Source of the DNA: a phage | DNA: 64,000 nucleotides | Strand: one strand, 5' to 3' | Assembly (NCBI GenBank): GCA_029220445.1 | Contig: GCA_029220445.1_3666.1 | Shown: piece after piece, positions 45,651 through 55,266 of the stretch | Layout: each line of letters begins with the position of its first letter | How positions within the stretch are numbered: position 1 is the stretch's first letter | Position numbers and translations under genes: made by a program | The notes under the pieces: model-generated | Database searches by the model: none | What the model was told of the DNA's origin: nothing | Seen by the model: the letters and a program-made list of their open reading frames with translations, nothing else

Positions 45651-46478
45651 GTGAAGAGAGCTGTATATCCAGTCGAGTATGATCCTCTATTAAGAGTTTT
45701 CAACAATCAGTTAAGTTTTTATCAATTTTTATCACAATACAATCCAGAAATCAATGTTGGTTTATCAGCCCTGCTGCCACCAACAGAATTCGTTATTGGC
45801 AGTGTTCACTATCCGTGCAGAACGATTGTAGACTTCTTCGAGAAGATTGCAAAACACACAGGCCTGCCAATTGATACTGGTATCTCAACTATTCGTATGG
45901 GTGTTATTCTTCTGTTCTTCACAGAGAACCTTGATGAAAGCACTTTAACACTGCAAAGCGGTGATGTCAATATCACACTCACCCCGTCAGTGTTTAAAGA
46001 GGTAGATGCGGCTTTCCAAGTTTCCGTGGCAGAGGGCCATCTATGGGACCCTGTAGGGATGCCTAAAAAAGTGACCATAAACGATGAGCAATGCAACATT
46101 GTTTATGAAGAAGATACCCAAACTTTCACCATTGAGTGGCCTAAGAAACGTTCTCAGGTTGTAAATCTTGGACTGGTCTCTACGATAGCTCCACCGCCTG
46201 AACCAGAGCCGGAGCCACCTGTAGGTCCTACTGAACCTGGTGGTGACGGTGAAGTTACTGTAGCAGATCCGCAAGATGTGACTGTATCCTCTTCCTCATT
46301 TGTAGCCGTTGAGAATAAGGATGAAATCCTTAAACAGGCCGCAGATCTTAACAACGAAGATGACAAAAGTGGTTCAAAAGATGCACTCCAAACCTTCGCT
46401 AAAGAGTACGGTGTTACCTTAAGTAAGGCAAAAACTTTCCAAAATATGATGAAAGATTTTGAGGCTGCACTGGCATAA
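45651..46478 (+). CDS. hypothetical virion protein with Pro/Glu linker
   Basis: 275 aa containing a PPPEPEPEPPVGPTEPGGDGE linker. Confidence 0.45.
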   Translation: MKRAVYPVEYDPLLRVFNNQLSFYQFLSQYNPEINVGLSALLPPTEFVIGSVHYPCRTIVDFFEKIAKHTGLPIDTGISTIRMGVILLFFTENLDESTLTLQSGDVNITLTPSVFKEVDAAFQVSVAEGHLWDPVGMPKKVTINDEQCNIVYEEDTQTFTIEWPKKRSQVVNLGLVSTIAPPPEPEPEPPVGPTEPGGDGEVTVADPQDVTVSSSSFVAVENKDEILKQAADLNNEDDKSGSKDALQTFAKEYGVTLSKAKTFQNMMKDFEAALA

Positions 46479-46537
46479 TTTTGTTAAGGCCCCTTCCAAA
46501 TCAGGAATGGGGCTTTATTTTTACGAGGTATTTTCAA

Positions 46538-47158
46538 ATGGCATGGTATGAAGATGAAGAGATTATCCCGTCACCGCCTAACCATGATGGTGTAGTCGAT
46601 ACCCCAGAAGAACCACCAAAAGAAGATCCTGTGCCTCCGGAACCTGATCCAGACCAACCTCTTATTGATATTATGAGGTTATTGCTTGGCAATGTTGATG
46701 AGGAAACTCTCCCTGATGAGGTAATTAAAACATTCCTTGACATGGAGAAGTTGAAACTAAATTATCCGGCAGATCCTGATAAGCTACCGCTGCTTAAGTA
46801 CAATGTTCTTGTGCAACTTGTGCGGTGGCTGATGATGCAGGAAGTGTCCAGTGGTAATGCAAGTATAACTTCCCGTCTGGAAAAAATAGGTGATGAGACC
46901 ATAGAGATTCGTGGTGGATCTTCCTACGCCCAATGGAAGGATTTTCTTGATTGGCTGCTGGCACACCCAGACTATGTAGATTCTGAGTTAGATGCTTACA
47001 GCAGAATGATTATCATTGGTGGTGTTCGTGTAGACGAAGGAATTCGGGTTAAATTTAATGAAAACAGCAACGGACCGTTCGATGTCCAGGGGATTACACC
47101 TATCAGTGGTCTAAATAACCAACCTCCTCGCCACCCAAGACGCAAACGCAGTTTTTAA
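46538..47158 (+). CDS. hypothetical virion protein
   Basis: ATG at 46538 (MAWYEDEEI...); proline-rich acidic N-terminal region. Confidence 0.45.
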   Translation: MAWYEDEEIIPSPPNHDGVVDTPEEPPKEDPVPPEPDPDQPLIDIMRLLLGNVDEETLPDEVIKTFLDMEKLKLNYPADPDKLPLLKYNVLVQLVRWLMMQEVSSGNASITSRLEKIGDETIEIRGGSSYAQWKDFLDWLLAHPDYVDSELDAYSRMIIIGGVRVDEGIRVKFNENSNGPFDVQGITPISGLNNQPPRHPRRKRSF

Positions 47159-47164
47159 AAATTG

Positions 47165-47193
47165 TTGCTTTTGATGCATCTTTGTGGTAAAAT
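47165..47193 (+). promoter_or_regulatory. sigma70-type promoter TTGCTT-N17-TAAAAT
   Basis: hexamers at 47165-47170 and 47188-47193 upstream of gene 47212. Confidence 0.45.
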
Positions 47194-47211
47194 ACATTAG
47201 TGAGGGATATA

Positions 47212-47670
47212 ATGCTAAAGGTTAAATGTCAAACAAGGTTCAACCTAAAGCGTTTAGATCGCTTCTACAAAGAGCTTGTGAGACTTGAAAGTAAAACAAT
47301 AACCTACGGCTTTTATGACGAACCTCACCCGTCAGGCTTAAATATGGCAACATTGGCAGCCATTCACAACTTCGGTTGGAACGGGCTGCCTGTTCGCAAT
47401 TTCATGGAGACAGCTTTTGCATTTCATAGTACTCAACTACAGACCTTGACAGAAAAATTGTTGAGAGCTATGGCTAGGGGATCGAGTGCAGAGGCTATTC
47501 TTAAGCAGATGGGGGACACAGGGGCCAAAGCTATCCAGTTTGTTATTGAGGCTGGGCAGTTTAGTAATCCTACTGTTAGCGAGCAGTGGGCACAAGAGAA
47601 AGGCTTCAACGAGGCTATGCGGCATTACGATGTGCTGCTTGAATCTGCAACCTTTAAAATCGGACAGTAA
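47212..47670 (+). CDS. hypothetical virion protein
   Basis: ATG at 47212 after GAGGG; the track's start at 47200 is GTG. Confidence 0.45.
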   Translation: MLKVKCQTRFNLKRLDRFYKELVRLESKTITYGFYDEPHPSGLNMATLAAIHNFGWNGLPVRNFMETAFAFHSTQLQTLTEKLLRAMARGSSAEAILKQMGDTGAKAIQFVIEAGQFSNPTVSEQWAQEKGFNEAMRHYDVLLESATFKIGQ

Positions 47671-47686
47671 AAATAAGGGGGGTTGA

Positions 47687-48112
47687 GTGGCAGCAGGTTA
47701 TAAGCTGATAGGAAAGAACAGACTAATACCTCGTAAAACATTCAAAGGTCGCCACAGAGTGTATAACAAAACAGTTGGTGGCCCTTTTGCCAACGAGGGG
47801 TTAGAACTTGAGTATGAAGAGTTTGATGTCTTAGAGTGTGTTGTGCAGCCGTTGACAGGAAGGGCAGCTAAAGATTACTCCTCCCAGATAAATCCTGAGG
47901 GTGACAGACAGTACGAGGCTTTTACAGTTTACTCCTCAACCAAGTTGTATAGTCCAGACGAAGGAACATATGCAATGGCTGATCAAATTCAACTGCCTGA
48001 CATCCGTGGTGACCTGAAGTGGTTTACCGTTTTAAAATGTGATGCTTATGTCACGTCTGGTGGTGGAAGATATAGATTTTTTGTGGTAGAAGAGCCTGAA
48101 GGAGAAAACTGA
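47687..48112 (+). CDS. hypothetical virion protein
   Basis: 141-aa ORF, GTG start. Confidence 0.45.
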   Translation: MAAGYKLIGKNRLIPRKTFKGRHRVYNKTVGGPFANEGLELEYEEFDVLECVVQPLTGRAAKDYSSQINPEGDRQYEAFTVYSSTKLYSPDEGTYAMADQIQLPDIRGDLKWFTVLKCDAYVTSGGGRYRFFVVEEPEGEN

Positions 48113-48663
48113 TGGAAGCTTTCGAAAAAGTTTTTTCTGATCTTGAAACAACCATCGCTAAGCTTGTCAAGGTTGCCACAGGAAGAACTGTAGTTCTGGC
48201 AGAAAGCTCTACCATACCGAAGCCGGAAGGTGAGTTTGTACTTTTGCAAACCCTGGCGATCAATCCCACCACTTGGGAAGATAATGAGTTTCAAGATGCG
48301 GAAGGTAATGCTTACGTCACCCACAGTTACACTGTTACTTATCTGTTAACAGCTTATCGCGGCAGGGCATATGCTGCACTTAGCAGAGTATTGCAAGCAA
48401 TAAACCTTCCAATGTTTTATGACAAGTATTTCCCTCTGGGATCGTGCTTTGCCTACTCTAACAATTCAACAATCTCACCTCAAAGAGTGCCGTTGAATAA
48501 GCAGACGTATGAAAATAGAGCCACGGTAATGCTGACATTTAACGTAAGGTTTGTTGAGACAGACATTGGGGCTTTTGAGGATCTTCAGGGAATTAAGGCT
48601 GAAATAACCACACACTTCCCTTCACCCAATTCTGATAAATCGGTTACAGACAGTGGTCAGTAA
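48112..48663 (+). CDS. hypothetical virion protein
   Basis: 183-aa ORF; start overlaps previous stop (ATGA). Confidence 0.45.
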   Translation: MEAFEKVFSDLETTIAKLVKVATGRTVVLAESSTIPKPEGEFVLLQTLAINPTTWEDNEFQDAEGNAYVTHSYTVTYLLTAYRGRAYAALSRVLQAINLPMFYDKYFPLGSCFAYSNNSTISPQRVPLNKQTYENRATVMLTFNVRFVETDIGAFEDLQGIKAEITTHFPSPNSDKSVTDSGQ

Positions 48664-48735
48664 TCGTTATAATTGTGTAGTGTAATGATTACACTGCGTG
48701 TTTGATATCCGTGCACAGATATTAAGAGGAAACAA

Positions 48736-50112
48736 ATGCCATATTTAGATAAAGTGGTAGATGTTACAGTTAACCTCGGAACCCAACCTATTGACACTGT
48801 AGGTTTCGAAACTCCCCTGTTCATCGCTATCCACAACAACTTTACTGAGCGAGCTCGCGTATATGCGGAGCTGGATCAGATGGTGGAAGATGGTTTCGCA
48901 CAAGGCTCTGCAGCGTATGAGTTTGCAGCAAAAGCTTTTGGTGGTGTATTCCCTCCACAATATGTTATGATCGGCAGACAGGCCAAAGAAAAAACCACTG
49001 TAGATTTTAAAGGTATTGCTGCCGCAGCTGATACCGATGTAGTAATGACTATTGCAAAAGGTGGCTACAATACCTCTTTGATAGTTCCTATCTCTGGTGG
49101 GACAGCTGCAACTCAGATCGCAGAGTTCATGAAGACTAAAATCGAAGCAGATGATAACTTGGACGATATCACTGTAGCGGCTGAAGACGGTGTTATCACC
49201 ATCACTGGTGACTGCACTGTAGGTTATCATACTGGTAACTATACAATTAAAAATATCGCCAATGCTGAAAAACCTTCTACAGTAGTTGATAAGATCAATG
49301 CTGAGCGGGACAATTGGTACTTCCTGTGCCATGAAGACCACACCGACATTGAAGCATGTGCTAAGTGGGCTCAGGCCAACTACAAGCTGCACGTCTACTC
49401 TACTGCAGAAGATGTGACTGGCAAAGATAGTAACATCGCTACCAAACTGAAAGCTGCACAATATGACAGTGTTGGCATGTACGATCCTCGTGCAGATAAG
49501 GACTTCCCGGAGGGTGGTATCATAGGTGCTATGGCATCCAACGATCCGTCCTACGGCGACAGCTTGCACTTAAAACAGATGCCAGGTGTGATTGCACCGT
49601 CTCTGACTTTAACTCAGCGTATGGCTATTTGGGAAAACCACGTTAACTTCTACAGAATGATTAACGGTGTTGGCGCTTTCTGGGAAGGTAAGTGTGCTTC
49701 AGGTCAGTATGCAGACGCTATTCGTTTTGCACACTGGATCAAGTTCAGATCTGAAGAATCTATGTTTGGGTACATGCATCGTCGCTCCAACATGGGTTTA
49801 AGCATGAAGATGTCTGATGATGATCTTCCGGTTATCAAGTCTGTCCTGATGAACAACCCAATCAACACTGGCATTAAGAATGGTGCGATCCTGACAGGTT
49901 TTGACGAAGACAACAATGTGTTCTACGACCCGATCATCACAGTTCCTAAACGTGCAGAGATTCCAACCAATCAGTTAGCTGCTCGTGTTCTGGAAGGTGT
50001 GAAAGTAGAACTGGTGTATAACAACGCCCTGCACTTCGTTCGTATCCGGATCAACGTCCTTCTGGACAAAGTTGGTTCTAAATCCACCAATGCTGTTGCA
50101 ATGACTGAATAA
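48736..50112 (+). CDS. major tail protein (tail sheath-like or large tail tube protein)
   Basis: 458-aa ORF with highly-expressed codon usage, first gene of the tail module and followed by a 157-aa tube-like protein. Confidence 0.55.
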   Translation: MPYLDKVVDVTVNLGTQPIDTVGFETPLFIAIHNNFTERARVYAELDQMVEDGFAQGSAAYEFAAKAFGGVFPPQYVMIGRQAKEKTTVDFKGIAAAADTDVVMTIAKGGYNTSLIVPISGGTAATQIAEFMKTKIEADDNLDDITVAAEDGVITITGDCTVGYHTGNYTIKNIANAEKPSTVVDKINAERDNWYFLCHEDHTDIEACAKWAQANYKLHVYSTAEDVTGKDSNIATKLKAAQYDSVGMYDPRADKDFPEGGIIGAMASNDPSYGDSLHLKQMPGVIAPSLTLTQRMAIWENHVNFYRMINGVGAFWEGKCASGQYADAIRFAHWIKFRSEESMFGYMHRRSNMGLSMKMSDDDLPVIKSVLMNNPINTGIKNGAILTGFDEDNNVFYDPIITVPKRAEIPTNQLAARVLEGVKVELVYNNALHFVRIRINVLLDKVGSKSTNAVAMTE

Positions 50113-50122
50113 GGAAGACTAG

Positions 50123-50596
50123 ATGGAAACTCAAATTTTAACTCCTTATGCTTATGATCCTAAAAAGGTCAAACTGTATCTGATGCAGCAGCGTGTCACT
50201 GGCTTCGCTGCTGACACCAAGATCGTTGTTTCAAGAAACGAAGACAACATCTACCCTCACGTTGGTGTGGATGGCGAAATGTCTGCTGCCCTGTCTCGTA
50301 ACCAATCTGGTGTTATGACTGTATCTTTGCAGAACACTTCTGTATGGAACGCTTACCTTTCTGACTGGCAGAAACAGGCATCGATTACTGGCCTGGTATT
50401 CTTCCCGGTTCTGCTGGAAGGTAGCCAGGGCCCTGGTATTTCCACAATTGGTTGGATCCAGAAACAGCCTGACCTGACTTACGGAACCGAAGTAGGTCAG
50501 CTGGACTGGGATATCGGTATTCTGGATGCATGGCTCAACCGTGATAACATCACTGGTGCTCTTACTGGCCTCGCAGGTCTTGCAGGTATTATCTAA
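50123..50596 (+). CDS. tail tube-like protein
   Basis: 157-aa ORF between major tail gene and chaperones, followed by a strong terminator. Confidence 0.5.
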   Translation: METQILTPYAYDPKKVKLYLMQQRVTGFAADTKIVVSRNEDNIYPHVGVDGEMSAALSRNQSGVMTVSLQNTSVWNAYLSDWQKQASITGLVFFPVLLEGSQGPGISTIGWIQKQPDLTYGTEVGQLDWDIGILDAWLNRDNITGALTGLAGLAGII

Positions 50597-50613
50597 GGGC
50601 ACACTTTAGCATA

Positions 50614-50639
50614 AGCCTCACCTTCGGGTGGGGCTTTTT
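50614..50639 (+). terminator. rho-independent terminator
   Basis: 9-bp stem AGCCTCACC/GGTGGGGCT with TTCG loop followed by TTTTT. Confidence 0.65.
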
Positions 50640-50686
50640 GCTTTTATGGTTTTGACACACGTTCTTGAATTGCTTGAAAGGTTAAA

Positions 50687-50715
50687 TTGACAATGCACCA
50701 TAATCATGGTAAAAT
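50687..50715 (+). promoter_or_regulatory. sigma70-type promoter TTGACA-N17-TAAAAT
   Basis: hexamers at 50687-50692 and 50710-50715 upstream of the chaperone gene. Confidence 0.55.
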
Positions 50716-50758
50716 ACACAAATATGGTGCACAACATGACTAATAAGGATGCTATAAA

Positions 50759-51232
50759 ATGGCTATAAACTTTAGACCTACAACAGAGATTGATTTAGCA
50801 GGGCACAACTTTGTGATCACCCACTGGGGACCGATGAAAGCAATGAAAAACATGCCTAAAATCGGTAAGATTGTGGCTGTCCCGCTAGGTGCTATCGGTG
50901 GATCTATTATCTCAGGCGGTCAGAACATGGCAGAGGTCCTTCCTACAGCTCTGGCTTACCTGTTCCAAGAACTTGATGATAACTCTATTGAAGAGCTATT
51001 TAAAATCTTGTTCGAAGATATTACCGTAGATGGTGTGGATAAGCTTAACCCGGATGTTGTGTTTGCAGGGCATCTGCTGGAGATGATTAAGCTGGCAGGT
51101 AAGGTTCTGGAGGTTAACTACGGCTGTTTTTTCACACAAGACGGTTTAGGAAGCCTTCTGGAGATGTTACAGCAGATGGGTATGATTCAGCAGGTGAACA
51201 ACCTGGATCAGACTCAGGAAGAGCAGGAATAA
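50759..51232 (+). CDS. tail assembly chaperone (G-like, zero-frame product)
   Basis: 157-aa acidic ORF immediately upstream of the tape measure gene; AAGGAT SD. Confidence 0.6.
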   Translation: MAINFRPTTEIDLAGHNFVITHWGPMKAMKNMPKIGKIVAVPLGAIGGSIISGGQNMAEVLPTALAYLFQELDDNSIEELFKILFEDITVDGVDKLNPDVVFAGHLLEMIKLAGKVLEVNYGCFFTQDGLGSLLEMLQQMGMIQQVNNLDQTQEEQE

Positions 51233-51492
51233 GCAAGGTTGTTGTGAGGGCCAGTGAGTGGGCAGCCAAGAACAGTTCACTCAACTGGTTCGACTTTCTT
51301 TGGTGCAGGGTGCTCAAGAATTTCAAAGGGGAAAATTTTGAATCGCTAAATCTTGCAGATATGGCGTATTTCCTGAAGCTCTGTGAGTATCTTGATATCG
51401 AAGAATTCCTAGATACCGTCCAAAACAGGGAAATGGAGCGGGAGCAGAAGGCTGCCGCAGCTGCTGCGAAAGCTAAGCGCAGGAGAGGATAA
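50759..51492 (+). CDS. tail assembly chaperone frameshift product (GT-like, -1 shift at 51127-51133)
   Basis: slippery heptamer T TTT TTC in the zero frame; the -1 frame is open from the slip site to the stop at 51492. Confidence 0.5.
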
Positions 51493-51546
51493 TCTAAGGG
51501 CCGGATTCCTTTTCTGGGATCTGGCCCTTTTTATTATGAGGAAACC

Positions 51547-53883
51547 ATGGCTACAAACAAAATAGTTGCCACAACAGTCAACAAGATTGGCTTTGAGATA
51601 GAGAACTCCTCCTACAAAAAAGCTGTAGAGAAAATTCGCAGTATTGGGAGGGAGTTCAGGAAACTGGGCGAGGATTTTAACTCAGCCAACCCCATGAGTA
51701 GATGGCAGGCGGTAGCTGTTAAAACCCAGCAGACAATGCAGAGGGTTGCCAGACAGCAATCTCAGGCAAATGCTAAACTGCACAGAGAGAGCGTAGCACA
51801 GGCCAAGAAAGAGGCTGCAGTAAGGGCTGCAATAGAACGTAGGGAGAATGCGAGACGTAAACAAGCTGTAGGTAATCTTACCGCTAAAAATCCAGAAATG
51901 GCTAGGATGCGTAAGTTCTACCAGCAGCAAGCTAAAGAGGCCAAAAAGGCTGCCAAATCTGCACCAGTGTCTTACGGTGGTTATAAGGCACCTAAGGCAA
52001 GAGTTTTGGCTAATGCCAAATCTTTCAAATATATCCCCGGTAACCCTAATATGGGTGGTGTGGCTTCCGACCCTAACCTTGTGAAAGCTCAGACAGCCGC
52101 TATGAATCGTTATCATAGACAGCTAAGAAGAGACAGTAAAGCTGGTATGGATAATAGGCTTATGTCGGATCGTGAGGCAAGGAGAACCCACCTCTACAAC
52201 TCCGCGATAAGACTTTCTGCCAAGTATGGGGCCGGATTCCGTGGAAGCTTGCCAGGATACTCAGAGTTAGAGTCCAGGTTTGCTCGCGGGGAGATGAAGA
52301 AGTCAACCTTTAACGCCCACCTGTCAGCGCTGCAGTCTGGGTTTAAAAGCGCCACCAGTCAAACGCTTACACTAGGCGATGCCATGAGAGACTTACGTAG
52401 ATCTGTTATTAATGCAACAGCTGCGTATACAGCTTTTTCTGGATTTGCTGCGGTTAACAGATCCGGTCACATGATGGAGGGGGCAAGTGCTGCTCTTACT
52501 GCTGTTACTGGAGATCCAAACAAAGCCAACAGTGAGGTTGCGTTTGTCCAGCAAGAGGCTATGCGTCTTGGTTTTGATCTCAAATCTGGTCTTCAAGGTT
52601 ACGCCCAGATGTCGGTAAACGCCAAAAACCAGATGACAAATCAGGAAGTGCATGAGCTGTTTTCTGCATACTCCCAGTATGCTGCTGCTTATGGTGCCGA
52701 TGAGGTAAAATACCAGCGCGGTATTATGGCAATCCAACAGATGCTTGGCAAGGGACAAGTAATGTCCGAGGAACTGAAGCAACAGCTTGCTGAAGCATTG
52801 CCTGGTGCATACGAACCTTTTATCAAGGCCACCAAAGAGGCTTTTGGTCTTTCTGAACTCTCCATGGATCAGTTCATGGATATGATGAAGAAAGGCGAGG
52901 TTAAAACAGCCAAGATCATGAAGTATGTGGCTAAGTACATGAACGAGGCATCTGCAGCTGGTTATGAAAGAATGCAGAAGTCTAACGTGCTGGCAGAAAA
53001 CAGACTGAAAACCTTTATCGAACTGACTCGTCAGAAACTGTTCACCCGTTGGTCTGACGAACTAACAGAGTTCTATTATACACTAATCCGCACTGGTGAG
53101 ACTCTGCAATTTGTGTGGGATGCCTCTGGTGATTTTGTTAGCGGGTTTGTGAGAGGCCTTAACTGGGTAGTTGGTGAACTAAACAACACTATAGTCAAGA
53201 TCCGCATGTTTTTCCTTGAATGGGGGATTAAATGGGGGTTCATAACAGCCAAGACGAAGGAATATTCTGAAGAGCTTCATGACACCTTTAGCTATGCTAA
53301 ATGGGCAGGGTTTGCTGCTGCCATCATGCTGGTCGTCAACGCCCTAACAAAAGGTTTTGTCATGGCATCTATGCTTGTAAAAACCTTTAAATTCCTTAAC
53401 TCTCTAAGGGGTGCAGCTGGAGCAGCGGGTGCCGCTACTACAGAAGGATCTGGTGGTGGAGCTCCGGCAGGAAAAGGTGGAGGTGGCCTCAAGACACCTG
53501 GTGGCAAAGTTGGTCTGCTCGGTAAGCTGGGCATTATCGGTACAATACTAAGCGCCGGGGAATTATTTAATGACCGTTACAACCCACTAAGTGAAAGAAA
53601 TCAGCAGCTGGATACTATCAGCGATATGATTCGCAAAGATATCATATCGGGAGGTAACGGGTTTGTTAATCCTTTGGACACCTTACCGGGCGGGACTCTT
53701 CCGTTGCCGGGTGGCCCTGGTTTTGCTTCTCAATTAAGAACTATGGAAATGCTACCTTTAGAGATCAGTGATGGGAAAATCACGATTTCAATAGATGAGG
53801 GTGAGTTTAACAAAATATTTGATGCAAAACTTGAGTGGGAGAACAATAAAGATATCAACTTCATGTCTACCGACCTTTGGTAA
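51547..53883 (+). CDS. tail tape measure protein
   Basis: 778 aa, helical N-terminal half, Gly-rich segment GAAGAAGAATTEGSGGGAPAGKGGGG, positioned after the chaperone pair. Confidence 0.75.
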   Translation: MATNKIVATTVNKIGFEIENSSYKKAVEKIRSIGREFRKLGEDFNSANPMSRWQAVAVKTQQTMQRVARQQSQANAKLHRESVAQAKKEAAVRAAIERRENARRKQAVGNLTAKNPEMARMRKFYQQQAKEAKKAAKSAPVSYGGYKAPKARVLANAKSFKYIPGNPNMGGVASDPNLVKAQTAAMNRYHRQLRRDSKAGMDNRLMSDREARRTHLYNSAIRLSAKYGAGFRGSLPGYSELESRFARGEMKKSTFNAHLSALQSGFKSATSQTLTLGDAMRDLRRSVINATAAYTAFSGFAAVNRSGHMMEGASAALTAVTGDPNKANSEVAFVQQEAMRLGFDLKSGLQGYAQMSVNAKNQMTNQEVHELFSAYSQYAAAYGADEVKYQRGIMAIQQMLGKGQVMSEELKQQLAEALPGAYEPFIKATKEAFGLSELSMDQFMDMMKKGEVKTAKIMKYVAKYMNEASAAGYERMQKSNVLAENRLKTFIELTRQKLFTRWSDELTEFYYTLIRTGETLQFVWDASGDFVSGFVRGLNWVVGELNNTIVKIRMFFLEWGIKWGFITAKTKEYSEELHDTFSYAKWAGFAAAIMLVVNALTKGFVMASMLVKTFKFLNSLRGAAGAAGAATTEGSGGGAPAGKGGGGLKTPGGKVGLLGKLGIIGTILSAGELFNDRYNPLSERNQQLDTISDMIRKDIISGGNGFVNPLDTLPGGTLPLPGGPGFASQLRTMEMLPLEISDGKITISIDEGEFNKIFDAKLEWENNKDINFMSTDLW

Positions 53884-53895
53884 TAAACTGTGCAG

Positions 53896-53919
53896 GGGGG
53901 CTCCGGCCCCCTTTATTTT
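53896..53919 (+). terminator. rho-independent terminator
   Basis: GGGGGC/GCCCCC stem with TCCG loop followed by TTTATTTT. Confidence 0.6.
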
Positions 53920-53926
53920 ATCGGTG

Positions 53927-53955
53927 TTGTAAAAACGGCTATTTTATGATACAAT
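53927..53955 (+). promoter_or_regulatory. sigma70-type promoter TTGTAA-N17-TACAAT
   Basis: hexamers at 53927-53932 and 53950-53955 upstream of the distal tail genes. Confidence 0.5.
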
Positions 53956-53988
53956 ATCTAGATGGTATCGGAGTGTCCTGGAGAGGTT

Positions 53989-54873
53989 ATGCCAAGCAAT
54001 ATAGTTGATGAAAAAGACCTGTACAAGCCTCAAGAGGTTAAATCTCCAAAGGCTGAAAAGGCAGAGCAGCAAACTGAAAGCGATGTAAAGTACACTATGT
54101 TTGTCAGCGGTCTTAACTATGGCGGTCGCAATACGGAGATGAAGGGTAAAAACTTTACTAACGATCTTGCCATTATCTTCGATCAGGTTGAGAATTACTC
54201 TTTCAAACATTCTGTTGATAAGACTGGGTTTGCGGTGGAAGATAAATCTACCCTGTCAGACCACGCTGTAATTAAAGATGGTGTATTTTCTTTTACTGGT
54301 AGGGTAAATACATCCCCACACATAATTTATGAGCAAAACTACATTGATAGGAATACTGACTCTAAAAACCCTGCAGCATCTATGCGACCAGGCGCTGCAT
54401 TGGAGGCTTTGACTGAGATTATCAATAAGCGACAGTTGGTTTCTTTGGTTACCGAGGAGAGACTTCTTGAGAACTACATCATAACCAGTCTTTCTGCCAA
54501 CAAGTCTGTTGGTGAAGGCGCTGCAATGGTGTTTGATGTAGAGCTTACAGAGTTCCGCACATTCTACTTGAATAAGGTTGTTAATGCAACTGTATACAGC
54601 AATCCTAAGAAAGTAGGCAAAACCCAGCAAAAAGGTGCTGTCAACGACTGTAAGAATGGCAGTAACGTGGGTAACAAGAGGGACACAGGAGCATTCGCAG
54701 ACACTGCATCCACAAACGCTGCAGAGGAGTGGCAGCCATACAAATCTATGATGTGGACAGATGAAAACGGTGTTACCCAATCGGCTGCGGATTGGTATTA
54801 TCAGGAATATGGAAGACCTTCTACCATAGTCCCATCTGAGCAGGGAAACTACAACAAAGTTAACGGGAAATAA
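53989..54873 (+). CDS. tail or baseplate protein
   Basis: ATG at 53989 with GGAGAGG SD (alternative in-frame ATG at 53962 lies 7 nt after the -10 element). Confidence 0.5.
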   Translation: MPSNIVDEKDLYKPQEVKSPKAEKAEQQTESDVKYTMFVSGLNYGGRNTEMKGKNFTNDLAIIFDQVENYSFKHSVDKTGFAVEDKSTLSDHAVIKDGVFSFTGRVNTSPHIIYEQNYIDRNTDSKNPAASMRPGAALEALTEIINKRQLVSLVTEERLLENYIITSLSANKSVGEGAAMVFDVELTEFRTFYLNKVVNATVYSNPKKVGKTQQKGAVNDCKNGSNVGNKRDTGAFADTASTNAAEEWQPYKSMMWTDENGVTQSAADWYYQEYGRPSTIVPSEQGNYNKVNGK

Positions 54874-54885
54874 GGGGAGCGTATA

Positions 54886-55266
54886 ATGGAGCTTAAAGAT
54901 TGGTGCATAATCACCTTTGTGTGGGACATTGACGGCTTTCCTGACCAAACCATGCGTGTTGTTTTAGACAATGAAACGTATGAAATGCGTATGCAATGGA
55001 ATGAGAGGGATGAGTCCTGGTGGTTATCTCTTGGTCCAGTAGGTGATAGCCCTTTAGTAACCAGAAAAGTAACAGCTTGTCAAGATATTTTAGACGGACT
55101 GCATTACAGAGATGATTTACCGAAAGGAAGACTGATGGTGCTGTCGTTTAAAGACGATCAATATTGGGGTAGAGTTGGAAGATATAACCTTGGGGCGAGA
55201 TCTGAGCTACAACTTGTATACGGCACCCCGGTTGATCTTTACAAGGAACAGCAAGGGTTAGAATAA
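54886..55266 (+). CDS. hypothetical tail protein
   Basis: 126-aa ORF with AAGGGGAG SD. Confidence 0.45.
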   Translation: MELKDWCIITFVWDIDGFPDQTMRVVLDNETYEMRMQWNERDESWWLSLGPVGDSPLVTRKVTACQDILDGLHYRDDLPKGRLMVLSFKDDQYWGRVGRYNLGARSELQLVYGTPVDLYKEQQGLE

